DNA of 34,309 nt from a virus (IMGVR_UViG_3300032303_000434:1-34309), one strand, 5' to 3'. Shown: positions 1-7,987, counted from the first letter of the stretch. Notes: a model not told the origin generated them from the letters alone. Numbers and translations: made by a program.

Positions 1-1
1 A

Positions 2-376
2 GCGCCAACAGCAGCCGCCCGCGGTTGGGAAATGCAAGTTGGCATGATGCTTGTATGCACTAATGGTCAAGACAAGGATATGCAGGCGCGCTTCACGGCT
101 ACGTCAGTCGGCGGCAAGCGTGCCGTGCAGGCGTTGGCAGTTGCCATCGCGGATCAGGTTGAGAAAGACCAGACCAAGCCTGTACCATTAATTGAACTGA
201 AAAAAGAGCATTATCAGCACAAGACTTATGGTCGTATCTTTACACCTATTTTTGATATTACCGATTGGGTGTCTATGGATGCCAATACGGTTGAAGAGAC
301 AGAGGACGCGGAATTGGAAGTCGCCGCTGAACCTGAAGCCGCTGAGGGTGCGCGTCGCCGGCGTCGCGTAGTTTAA
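2..376 (+). CDS. Putative single-stranded DNA-binding/replication protein, 5'-truncated
   Basis: Frame is open from the window start; YGRIFTPIF..TDW segment and acidic C-terminal tail (EETEDAELEV); lies directly upstream of DNA polymerase. Function is inferred. Confidence 0.5.
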   Translation, partial: APTAAARGWEMQVGMMLVCTNGQDKDMQARFTATSVGGKRAVQALAVAIADQVEKDQTKPVPLIELKKEHYQHKTYGRIFTPIFDITDWVSMDANTVEETEDAELEVAAEPEAAEGARRRRRVV

Positions 377-380
377 GGGG

Positions 381-420
381 CGCGAAAGCCGGGGCGTGTT
401 GGGCGTCCCGGCGAGTAGCG
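381..420 (+). other. Structured RNA hairpin with loop-E/sarcin-ricin-like internal loop
   Basis: CGC-GAAA-GCCGGGGCG-(TGTTGGG)-CGTCCCGGC-GAGTA-GCG: 9-bp stem (one G-U), GAA/AGUA internal loop, closing CGC/GCG; no U-tract. Confidence 0.45.
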
Positions 421-437
421 GAAGAGTGAGAACTTCT

Positions 438-614
438 ATGATCATAAATAATTACAGACACGTTTCGGCAAAAATGCCGCGCATGGCGGTGTGTTCAATA
501 TGCGACCGCGCCGGCGGCGAAGAAAACGCGCCTAAGTTCACCCACATCTGCATCCAGCTATTAAACGGTCAACCATTTATGTGTGATGACTGTTGGGAAG
601 ACCAACATGACTAA
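438..614 (+). CDS. Small Zn-finger-like protein (58 aa)
   Basis: ATG at 438 after GAAGAGTGAG; CSIC...CDDC pair; overlaps the polymerase start. Confidence 0.55.
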   Translation: MIINNYRHVSAKMPRMAVCSICDRAGGEENAPKFTHICIQLLNGQPFMCDDCWEDQHD

Positions 615-2562
615 GCTATGGCTTGACTTTGAAACGCGCAGCCGGTGCGATTTACGCAGCCGCGGCGTTTACAATTACGCGCAGGACGCCAGCACCGACG
701 TGTTGTGTATGTCATACGCATTTGATGACGAAGACGTGCGGACGTGGCTTCCCGGTGAGCCTTTCCCGCAAGCCGTCAAAGACCACAAGGGGCTAGTCTA
801 CGCGCACAACGCAGCATTCGAGCGCCTGATATTCTGGTATGTGCTTCAGGTCGAGTTCAAGTTGGAGCAGTTTTATTGCACTGCAACACAAGCCCGCGCC
901 AACTGTGCGCCGGGTAGCCTTGAAGATGTGGGCCGCTTCGCTGGCGCTACCATGAAGAAAGACCACCGCGGCGGACAATTGATTCGCGCGCTATCTATCC
1001 CGCAGTCCGACGGCACATTTCGTGAAGACGCAAAGCTGATGCAAGAGATGGTTGACTACTGCGAACAGGACGTGCGGGCTATGCGTGCCATAGCGCAGGC
1101 GCAGCGTCCGTTGTCCGGCGAAGAGTTGGCTGACTATCATGTCAATGAGCGGATCAACGACCGCGGCGTGTTGCTTGATAGACCGCTGGCGCTGGCCGCT
1201 GTGCGCTACGCTAAAGAAGAATTGGCGGAGATACAGGACATTGTCGCAGAGATAACTAACGGCGAGATTAAGACTGTCCGCAGCCCGAAGATGAAGACGT
1301 GGGTGCTGGACAGGATAGGGCCACAGGCGCTTGAACTGGCGACCATTTACAAAGACGGCGAACCTAAGCTATCCATTGACAAGAACGTGCGGGCTAACTT
1401 GCTCACACTGGCGGGGGAAAATCCAGATGAAGTACCATCAGAAGTTGCGGAAGTCATCCAGTGCGCGGACGATCTCTGGGCATCGTCCGTCGCTAAATTC
1501 CAACGCGCAGCGGCGCTTGCTGACGAGGAAGATCATAAGGTTAGAGGAGCGTTTGTGTTTGCAGGAGGGAGTGCTACTGGCCGTGCTTCATCATATGGGC
1601 TTCAAGTCCATAACTTCCCAAGAAAGTGCGCCAGCGACCCTGCATTAGTAAGGCAGGCTATGGTGCGCGGGCACAGGATTGTTCCCGATCATGGTCGCCG
1701 CGTAACTGACGTGCTGAAAGGTATGCTGCGCCCGTCGCTGATGGCGGACAAAGGCAAGCGCCTTGTTGTTGCAGATTGGGCTGCGATTGAAGCGCGCGTA
1801 ACGCCGTGGGCATCCAACAGTAGCTTTGGTGCAAACAAGCTGGACATCTTTGCCAAGGGCGAGGATGTCTACAAGCATAACGCTATGGCGACCTTCCATG
1901 TCGGATATGATGACGTTGACAAAGACCAGCGTCAAATTGGTAAGGTGCAAGAGTTGGCGTGCGGCTTTGCCGGCGGCGTTGGTGCGTTTGCCAGCATGGG
2001 CCGCATCTACGGCTTGCTGATGTCAGAGAGCGATGCCAAGCGCATGGTTGACGCATGGCGCAGGGCTAACAAGTGGGCCGTGCCTTACTGGTCTGGCCTT
2101 GAAGACACCTATATGCGTGCCATGCGGAACAAGAACCGTGAGTTTACAACGGGGCGCGTTACATATTTATTTGACGGATTGCATCTTTGGTATGCCCTTC
2201 CGTCTGGCCGTGTGTTATGTTATCCTTTCGCCCATTTCGACGAGGAAGGCAACTTGACCTACGCGAAGGCTTCTTGGAAGCCCGCAGCCGACGCTAAGGA
2301 GTGGCCAAGGGCGCGGCTATGGCGCGGTCTAGCGTGTGAAAACATCACACAAGCTATTGCCAACGACTTGCTGCGCTACGCCTTGCGGCAGTTGGACGAT
2401 GTAGTCTTGCACATCCACGATGAAATCGTTTTGGAAGTGCCAGAAGCAGATGCAGAGGCCGCAGCAACGCGGCTGGTGCAGGTTATGTGTTCGCCGCCAC
2501 CTTGGGCATCAGGTCTACCCCTGAACGCTGAAGTGGCTATCATGGATCGTTATGGAAAATAA
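607..2562 (+). CDS. polA: Phage DNA polymerase, family A, with 3'-5' exonuclease
   Basis: ExoI DFETRS, ExoII HNAAFER, ExoIII YCEQDV; motif A DWAAIEAR, motif B RQIGKVQELACGF, motif C HIHDE; start at ATG 607 (MTKLWLDFET) preferred over 583. Confidence 0.95.
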   Translation: MTKLWLDFETRSRCDLRSRGVYNYAQDASTDVLCMSYAFDDEDVRTWLPGEPFPQAVKDHKGLVYAHNAAFERLIFWYVLQVEFKLEQFYCTATQARANCAPGSLEDVGRFAGATMKKDHRGGQLIRALSIPQSDGTFREDAKLMQEMVDYCEQDVRAMRAIAQAQRPLSGEELADYHVNERINDRGVLLDRPLALAAVRYAKEELAEIQDIVAEITNGEIKTVRSPKMKTWVLDRIGPQALELATIYKDGEPKLSIDKNVRANLLTLAGENPDEVPSEVAEVIQCADDLWASSVAKFQRAAALADEEDHKVRGAFVFAGGSATGRASSYGLQVHNFPRKCASDPALVRQAMVRGHRIVPDHGRRVTDVLKGMLRPSLMADKGKRLVVADWAAIEARVTPWASNSSFGANKLDIFAKGEDVYKHNAMATFHVGYDDVDKDQRQIGKVQELACGFAGGVGAFASMGRIYGLLMSESDAKRMVDAWRRANKWAVPYWSGLEDTYMRAMRNKNREFTTGRVTYLFDGLHLWYALPSGRVLCYPFAHFDEEGNLTYAKASWKPAADAKEWPRARLWRGLACENITQAIANDLLRYALRQLDDVVLHIHDEIVLEVPEADAEAAATRLVQVMCSPPPWASGLPLNAEVAIMDRYGK

Positions 2563-2572
2563 GGAGCAAGCG

Positions 2573-4921
2573 ATGAGTGAGGATCGCACGAAGTTCATAG
2601 ACTATATAGTCGGGTTGGCCGCTGATACAGTGGGCGAAACGGCTCTATTGTTGCGTCAGAAGCCCACGCAAGACAGCGAAGGCAATCTGATATACCACGC
2701 AGATGGTGCGCCGAAGGCCACCTTCCCTGCGTTCCTGCCTGAAAAGGCCCGCATCAAAGAAGGTGAGGCTTGGTATATCAACACCGGCTCGTTCGTCGTT
2801 GACCGCTTTGTAGACGGCAAGCCCGCTGCTAAGTCGAGCAACGTTGAGTTTGTGTTGTTCATGATGCTGGATGACATTGGCACAAAGTCAAAGACCCCGC
2901 CACTTGACCCGACATGGATACTAGAAACCAGCGAAGGTTCGTTCCAGTGGGGTTATGCGTTCAGCGAACAGCCAAACAAGGGCGATTTCTGCGCGGCTGT
3001 CAAAGCTATTGCAGATGCTGGCTACACTGATCCGGGCGCGACCAACGCTGTCCGCAACTGTCGTATTCCCGGCAGCGTCAACCTGAAGCGCGGGCGCGAC
3101 AACTTCCCTGCACGGCTGGTCGAGTTTCACCCAGAGCGTGAATACGATTTAGCACAGATTTGTAGTGCGCTAAACGTTACGCCAGAGGAAGGCGACACCG
3201 CAGAGTTTAAGACTGTGCATTTGCGCGACAGCGGGCTGGATAATGTCCTGACATGGTTAAGCGAAAACAACCTAGTCCTTAGCGCACCTAATACCGACGG
3301 CTGGTGCGGCATCGTCTGCCCTAACCATGAACATCACAGCGATGGCATGATTGAGGCGCGTTACAAGCCGCTGGATCGTTCGTTCTGCTGCTATCATGGG
3401 CATTGCCAAGACCTAGACAGCCGCACGTTCCTTGATTGGGTAGCGACTAACGGCGGCCCGAAGGTAACGCCCGGCTTGCGTGACGAGTTAATCGCAGAGC
3501 GCATGGCATCAATGATGGATAAGATAGCACCAACAGAAGCCTTCCCTGATGAAGCCGCAGCGCGTGTGCGTGAAGTCGAAAAGAAAGAGGCAGGACGGCT
3601 GGAACAAAGTGAATGGTTCGAGCGGTTCGCTTACATACAGTCTGATGATTGCTATTTCGACATGATTACACGTCAAGAGATAGCGCGTAACGTCTTTAAC
3701 GCTTTGTTCCGTCACGTTGACTGCAAATCCATACACAAGAAAACCCGCAGCGTGTTGGCGTCTGTTTATTTTGACGAGCGCCGCCAAGAACGTGGTGCGC
3801 CTGCGCTGGCAGCGGTGACGTTTGCCGCTGGCGATGATGTGCTGGTGACGCGCGACGGGTTGGTCTACGGCAACAGGTGGACAAACGCCCGTCCTGATGT
3901 GTCGGGCAGCGATGACATTGCAGACCATGACGTTGAGCCTTGGCTGGCGCATTGCCGTAATCTGGTGTCAGACGATGCAGAGTTAGACCATATCCTTGAC
4001 GCTATGGCATTCAAGATACAGCACCCCAACATCAAGATAAACCATGCAATCCTTATCGGTGGTGACGAAGGCGCGGGCAAGGACAGTATGTTCCAGCCGT
4101 TTCTTTGGGCGCTTGGCGGTAAGAATTGGCGCAACAGATCAGTCATTGAGGCTGGCGGGTTGGATAGCCAGTGGGGTTATTCACTTGAAGCTGAAGTGGT
4201 CATTCTGAACGAGTTGAAGGAACCAGAGGCAAGAGAGCGCCGCGCTATGGCTAACAAGCTAAAGCCGCTGATTGCTGCGCCGCCTGAAACGTTGTCGGTC
4301 AATCGTAAAGGTATGCACCCTTATGAGTTGGTCAACCGCTTGATGGTGGTGGCTTACACGAATGACCCGTTGCCTATCACGCTACCAACGCAAGATCGTC
4401 GGTGGTTCTGCGTCTGGACACGCGCCCCGCGCATGACAACAGCCGCAGCCAAGGCGCTATGGGGCTGGTATAAGTCTGGCGGTTATGAGAAGTGCGCCGC
4501 TTGGCTGCACCAACGCGACGTGTCTGCGTTCAACCCTGCTGCTGCGCCGCCAGTGACCGAATGGAAGCTGAACATGGTCGAACATGGCATGAGCATAGCG
4601 GAAAGCTATCTGGTAGACCTGATGCGTGCCAAGTCTGGCGTGTTTGCTGATGGTGTTATTGGTGGGCCGTTCCATCGCATCTGCGACGCACTGGCTATCA
4701 ACGTGCCGTCTGGCGTCAAAGTTCCACAGGCTGCGTTGCTTCATGCGTTGAAGGAAGCTGGCTGGGTTGATGTAGGGCGCGTTAACTCGAAAGACTACAC
4801 GACTAAGAAACATATCTTTGCCGCGCCAGATGCGCTTCAGAAGCACAGCAAATCAGAGTTGCGCCGCTTGGCAGAACAATTGCCAAAGAATAGCATCATG
4901 CCAAACATCAGTAAGAATTGA
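2573..4921 (+). CDS. Primase-helicase (RepB-like/AEP primase domain, Zn-binding domain, SF3/D5-like helicase)
   Basis: LDDIG, ETSEGSFQWGY and RIPGSVNLK primase motifs; CPNHEHH...CCYHGHC; Walker A GDEGAGKD, Walker B ILNE, motif C YTN; AAGGAG RBS before ATG 2573. Confidence 0.88.
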   Translation: MSEDRTKFIDYIVGLAADTVGETALLLRQKPTQDSEGNLIYHADGAPKATFPAFLPEKARIKEGEAWYINTGSFVVDRFVDGKPAAKSSNVEFVLFMMLDDIGTKSKTPPLDPTWILETSEGSFQWGYAFSEQPNKGDFCAAVKAIADAGYTDPGATNAVRNCRIPGSVNLKRGRDNFPARLVEFHPEREYDLAQICSALNVTPEEGDTAEFKTVHLRDSGLDNVLTWLSENNLVLSAPNTDGWCGIVCPNHEHHSDGMIEARYKPLDRSFCCYHGHCQDLDSRTFLDWVATNGGPKVTPGLRDELIAERMASMMDKIAPTEAFPDEAAARVREVEKKEAGRLEQSEWFERFAYIQSDDCYFDMITRQEIARNVFNALFRHVDCKSIHKKTRSVLASVYFDERRQERGAPALAAVTFAAGDDVLVTRDGLVYGNRWTNARPDVSGSDDIADHDVEPWLAHCRNLVSDDAELDHILDAMAFKIQHPNIKINHAILIGGDEGAGKDSMFQPFLWALGGKNWRNRSVIEAGGLDSQWGYSLEAEVVILNELKEPEARERRAMANKLKPLIAAPPETLSVNRKGMHPYELVNRLMVVAYTNDPLPITLPTQDRRWFCVWTRAPRMTTAAAKALWGWYKSGGYEKCAAWLHQRDVSAFNPAAAPPVTEWKLNMVEHGMSIAESYLVDLMRAKSGVFADGVIGGPFHRICDALAINVPSGVKVPQAALLHALKEAGWVDVGRVNSKDYTTKKHIFAAPDALQKHSKSELRRLAEQLPKNSIMPNISKN

Positions 4922-4947
4922 CAACTGTTTGGGTGCGATGATATACT
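4918..4947 (+). promoter_or_regulatory. Sigma70-type promoter with extended -10
   Basis: TTGACA (4918-4923), 18-bp spacer ending TG-A, TATACT (4942-4947); no downstream ORF on the + strand. Confidence 0.75.
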
Positions 4948-4952
4948 GTTAG

Positions 4953-5015
4953 GGTTGGCAATGCTCCGCTAACCTGATTAAACCCCCGGCGTCCTCACTC
5001 CGCCGGGGGTTTTTT
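4953..5015 (+). ncRNA. Candidate small RNA (~63 nt) with two anti-SD loops
   Basis: Starts about 6 nt after the -10; hairpin 1 GGTTGGC-AATGCTCC-GCTAACC (4953-4974); hairpin 2 CCCCCGGCG-TCCTCACTC-CGCCGGGGG followed by T6. Confidence 0.6.
4980..5015. terminator. Rho-independent terminator between convergent operons (strong on +, weaker on -)
   Basis: 12-bp perfect stem AAACCCCCGGCG/CGCCGGGGGTTT with T6 on +; TTTAAT follows on -. Confidence 0.85.
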
Positions 5016-5016
5016 A

Positions 5017-5196
5017 TTATTCGTCCCAGACTGCTTCTGCGTCTAGGATCAGTTCACAGGGCGGGTAGCGTAGGTGGCACACCTCATCGTCAGTCAACAC
5101 GCCCCTAAAGGCAAGATGCTCCAACAGGCGATAAGCCAGCGTAGCCTCTGCGCGCTTGTCGTAGTTTTCAAATGCTTCTGCTTCTTCATCGGTCAT
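5017..5196 (-). CDS. Hypothetical protein (59 aa)
   Basis: ATGA overlap with the upstream gene; acidic protein MTDEEAEAF... Confidence 0.7.
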   Translation of the reverse strand: MTDEEAEAFENYDKRAEATLAYRLLEHLAFRGVLTDDEVCHLRYPPCELILDAEAVWDE

Positions 5197-5378
5197 GCTG
5201 GTTTCCAATCTTCAGGGTAGGGAACTGTTTTGGCGGTAGTCTTGTATAGCCGCCCATTTTCATCATAATGCTCTGTCACTGTCGATCCGTCATCGTTCAG
5301 GACAACGGCGCGGTTAGGGTATATTCGCCACGGCCTTCCCGTCTTGGGGTCGATGCGGTAGTTTATTTTGTCCGTCAT
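5193..5378 (-). CDS. Hypothetical protein (61 aa)
   Basis: ATGA coupling on both sides; GAGGA RBS. Confidence 0.7.
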   Translation of the reverse strand: MTDKINYRIDPKTGRPWRIYPNRAVVLNDDGSTVTEHYDENGRLYKTTAKTVPYPEDWKPA

Positions 5379-5554
5379 TTCTTTTCCTCAATCCAAAAGT
5401 GGTGCATCATGTAATGTGTTGCGGTTTCGTCTGTCACCCTATCGCCTATCCCGCCGCTTGCGGTGGTCAAGTGATTGGTGAAGGTGTTGGGGTCTTTAGC
5501 TGAACGCACCGCAGGGATGCGTGTCAGTTTCATATATCCATTTTGGTCTGTCAT
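5375..5554 (-). CDS. Hypothetical protein (59 aa)
   Basis: ATGA coupling; start MTDQNGY at 5554. Confidence 0.65.
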   Translation of the reverse strand: MTDQNGYMKLTRIPAVRSAKDPNTFTNHLTTASGGIGDRVTDETATHYMMHHFWIEEKK

Positions 5555-5718
5555 TTGCGTAACAATCCTTCTAATTCGCGCAGCGCCCACTGGATGCCTT
5601 GGATTTCTACACCCATGTCGTGCAAGCCGTGTGCGTCCTTGGCGTGTAGAAACACTTCTGACATATCCCAGCAGACACGCTCACGTTTGCGTAGTGCTTC
5701 GATGCGTTCTTTAATCAT
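5551..5718 (-). CDS. Hypothetical protein (55 aa)
   Basis: GGAGCAAG RBS, ATG at 5718 (MIKERIEAL...). Confidence 0.7.
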   Translation of the reverse strand: MIKERIEALRKRERVCWDMSEVFLHAKDAHGLHDMGVEIQGIQWALRELEGLLRK

Positions 5719-5881
5719 GTGCTTGCTCCAAGCCTTTACGGATGCCTTCTTCAACGAGGCGCATCCAGATCGTATGATCCCAGCCGCCTGACGCATAAAT
5801 TTGCCAGTCTCCGTTATCCTGCTTGCTGGATTGCTCAACGCAGATAGCGCGGGCTGCTTTTGTAATCTGTTCGTCAGTCAT
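5711..5881 (-). CDS. Hypothetical protein (56 aa)
   Basis: GGAGGT RBS, ATG at 5881 (MTDEQITKAARAIC...). Confidence 0.7.
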   Translation of the reverse strand: MTDEQITKAARAICVEQSSKQDNGDWQIYASGGWDHTIWMRLVEEGIRKGLEQAHD

Positions 5882-6062
5882 CTGCCAATACCTCCGGCGC
5901 TGGTTGCAAGCCCTCCATAAACTTTGCCCAGACTGCCAGAGCGCCTGTGACAAAAGGGCCATCATCCTGCTCACCATCTCTAATCTGGCGGATAAATTCC
6001 GCATTGCCGTGTTTTGTCTGCACATGATCCGCGACCACGTTTCTAAGTTCTATCAATGTCAT
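5874..6062 (-). CDS. Hypothetical protein (62 aa)
   Basis: AGGA RBS, tight packing in the operon. Confidence 0.7.
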   Translation of the reverse strand: MTLIELRNVVADHVQTKHGNAEFIRQIRDGEQDDGPFVTGALAVWAKFMEGLQPAPEVLADD

Positions 6063-6066
6063 TTGT

Positions 6067-6252
6067 TTATCCTAATCTGGTTATGAACGTAACGCCGCCC
6101 ACAGTGCGGCACTTGAACGCCTTGCCGTTGCGTATGCCGTATTGTGACACGTTGCGGCTGGTGCGCTTGGCTGCGCCTTTGTCGGTGGCTGGCATAGTGC
6201 CAACATCGCCAACGGCCAGCGTTGCCATGGGGTAAATCATTGGTCGGCTCAC
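6067..6252 (-). CDS. Small basic hypothetical protein, possibly DNA-binding (61 aa)
   Basis: GTG start overlapping the upstream TGA; AAGGAGCAAG RBS; YP..L.VG motif; Arg/Lys-rich. Confidence 0.6.
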   Translation of the reverse strand: MSRPMIYPMATLAVGDVGTMPATDKGAAKRTSRNVSQYGIRNGKAFKCRTVGGVTFITRLG

Positions 6253-6386
6253 TTGCCTTGCTCCTTTTCTTTGCGGCGCTCTGCCCATGTCTTGCCGTTT
6301 AGGTCGCGCAGCGGCCATGCGCTGTCGGACGATACGCGATATTTGCGGCCCAATGGGGCGGCTTGTTGTGGTTTAATCATACTCAT
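6249..6386 (-). CDS. Hypothetical basic protein (45 aa; not in ORF track)
   Basis: MSMIKPQQAAPLGRKYRV...KEKEQGK*; ATGA/GTGA overlaps with both neighbours. Confidence 0.6.
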   Translation of the reverse strand: MSMIKPQQAAPLGRKYRVSSDSAWPLRDLNGKTWAERRKEKEQGK

Positions 6387-6721
6387 AACTCCACTGTCGT
6401 TATAGGCTTGGCGCGTTTGTCGTTTAGCCTAGCCAGCCAGTATTCTTGTTCTGGCCCGAATGAACGCGCAGCATGGTATTTGAACAGCGCCACAGCCAAC
6501 GGGTCATGTCCCTTGTGCTTATGCGTCACGATTAGCGGCGATGGCATCATTGGCTTATGGTCGGGGCTATAGAACCGCCGCCTATCGTCGGCTGTCACTT
6601 CGATTATATCGACTGTCGATAAGTTCAAGCCATGCTCGTTATTGACATAGGCAGCAACAACGCTCTTGTCGTTGATATAGCTGGCTAGGTGCAGGATTTG
6701 CTTGCGTAGTGCGTATTCCAT
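6383..6721 (-). CDS. Hypothetical protein (112 aa)
   Basis: GGGAGCAA RBS, TGATG overlap. Confidence 0.7.
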   Translation of the reverse strand: MEYALRKQILHLASYINDKSVVAAYVNNEHGLNLSTVDIIEVTADDRRRFYSPDHKPMMPSPLIVTHKHKGHDPLAVALFKYHAARSFGPEQEYWLARLNDKRAKPITTVEL

Positions 6722-6876
6722 CAGTTTTGCTCCCGTTTGATGAGTAGTAATTCGCGGCTATCGCGCAGCCATGCTGTGCGGAACCATTCGCGGTCAATAT
6801 GCGTCTGCCACAGGACAGTCAGCGTTGTGGCTTGCAATGCCAACAGCGCCACGATTGCGATTTGATATTGGTTCAT
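6721..6876 (-). CDS. Small membrane protein (51 aa; not in ORF track)
   Basis: GGAGGA RBS; MNQYQIAIVALLALQATTLTVLW... hydrophobic N-terminal segment. Confidence 0.6.
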   Translation of the reverse strand: MNQYQIAIVALLALQATTLTVLWQTHIDREWFRTAWLRDSRELLLIKREQN

Positions 6877-6936
6877 TTAGTCCTCCAATAATAATGTTAG
6901 TAAGAATAGGGCTGCGCCAGCCAACAGCGCAGTCAT
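6877..6936 (-). CDS. Hydrophobic micro-peptide (19 aa)
   Basis: MTALLAGAALFLLTLLLED*; ATGA overlap upstream and abuts the next ATG. Confidence 0.45.
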   Translation of the reverse strand: MTALLAGAALFLLTLLLED

Positions 6937-7139
6937 TCGGCCATATCATCGCGCAGGGCGTTATTTTCGGCCACTAGGCGGTCGTATAGCGTCTGCAACT
7001 GCTCTAATTCGTCTTTAACGTCCAGCAATTCGCTAAGGCGCTCTGCCAGCACAACAGTTAATTCGTGATTGCGGTCTAATGCCGTTCGCACGAGCTCTGC
7101 ATCTGACAACATTCTGAGATAGTTTCTGTCTTGTGTCAT
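6933..7139 (-). CDS. Hypothetical coiled-coil protein (68 aa)
   Basis: AAAGGA RBS; heptad Leu pattern. Confidence 0.7.
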   Translation of the reverse strand: MTQDRNYLRMLSDAELVRTALDRNHELTVVLAERLSELLDVKDELEQLQTLYDRLVAENNALRDDMAE

Positions 7140-7142
7140 TGC

Positions 7143-7430
7143 TCAGTTTCCTTTTGCTTTGTTGATTGCGGTTTCGGCGCTGTCGATTAGCGGTTTAAGG
7201 TGACGGACGAGATCACGGTCTAAAAAAGATAATGCTTCGCAAGCACCATCCATTAAGTTTTCAAGCGCTGCCAGCATCTCGCTATGGCTGTCTTTCAGCG
7301 CCAAGATTGCGGTCAGGTTCTCTACGCTATCGTCGTATAATTCGCCTTCATTGTTTACGGCGTTGCCCATCAGCACGCATTTGTTGCTTTGGAGTAGTTC
7401 GCGCACTGTGCGGAATATGTCGTTAGTCAT
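7143..7430 (-). CDS. Hypothetical protein (95 aa)
   Basis: AAAGGA RBS; EMLAAL...AINKAKG motif of the kind common in small phage early proteins. Confidence 0.7.
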   Translation of the reverse strand: MTNDIFRTVRELLQSNKCVLMGNAVNNEGELYDDSVENLTAILALKDSHSEMLAALENLMDGACEALSFLDRDLVRHLKPLIDSAETAINKAKGN

Positions 7431-7446
7431 GGTTCAGTTTCCTTTT
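7143..7446. repeat. 13-bp direct repeat TCAGTTTCCTTTT bounding one gene
   Basis: Identical copies at 7143-7155 and 7434-7446 (AAAAGGAAACTGA on -: RBS plus stop codon). Confidence 0.8.
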
Positions 7447-7523
7447 AATGTGATGATGATTGACGTGATTGATAGGGCTAAGACAGACGCAAAGCCTACT
7501 AGGGATAGAGCGTGCGCTATCAT
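7434..7523 (-). CDS. Single-pass membrane peptide (29 aa; not in ORF track)
   Basis: MIAHALSLVGFASVLALSITSIIITLKGN*; ATGA overlap. Confidence 0.55.
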   Translation of the reverse strand: MIAHALSLVGFASVLALSITSIIITLKGN

Positions 7524-7690
7524 GCGTCTTCACCTATAGTTTCCGCATATTCGGCAGCTAATTGCGCGTCATCATAGTTGGCTTGAAACCGAGCCTCGAT
7601 TGTATCGCGGACAATTTCTTCAAGGTCTTTGACGCTAAGGTCAGTCATCCAGCATTCTACCAGTTCATTAATCATTTCTTCGCGTGTCAT
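7520..7690 (-). CDS. Acidic hypothetical protein (56 aa; not in ORF track)
   Basis: AGGAGTGAG RBS; MTREEMINELVECWMTDLSVKDLEE... Confidence 0.7.
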   Translation of the reverse strand: MTREEMINELVECWMTDLSVKDLEEIVRDTIEARFQANYDDAQLAAEYAETIGEDA

Positions 7691-7728
7691 AGTGTCTCAC
7701 TCCTATATTGGCACTAGCGCCATCCTCG

Positions 7729-7746
7729 CGGCGGATTGCTCCGCCG
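7729..7746 (-). other. Intergenic hairpin with GCAA (GNRA) tetraloop
   Basis: CGGCGGA-GCAA-TCCGCCG on the - strand; no U-tract. Confidence 0.6.
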
Positions 7747-7756
7747 TCCGGTGGTG

Positions 7757-7987
7757 TTAGCAGCAGTCGCAAACGGACAAAGGCCAGCCGTTGCGGCACA
7801 GTTCTTCGCCAAATAGCGTTTCATGCTCATCTCTTACGATTGCAGCGCGTGCTGCGATGATGGCGGGGACAAGATAGCCGCCGCTGGGATTATGTGCGAA
7901 AACCGCTGGCAATTGAATGTCAGGGCAATCAGGCGAGACTAGGGCGTCAAGAAGCCCTTGAAGGGCGCTGTGTATGTTGTTGGTCAT
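7757..7987 (-). CDS. Hypothetical protein (76 aa)
   Basis: GGGAG RBS, ATGA overlap; C-terminal C..CDCC. Confidence 0.55.
   Translation of the reverse strand: MTNNIHSALQGLLDALVSPDCPDIQLPAVFAHNPSGGYLVPAIIAARAAIVRDEHETLFGEELCRNGWPLSVCDCC

Noticed and set aside
4953-5015. Assignment of the sRNA to the cuckoo family or to a tRNA
   Set aside because: Loops lack the exact CCUCCUCCC motif and there is no cloverleaf; only a functional analogy is claimed
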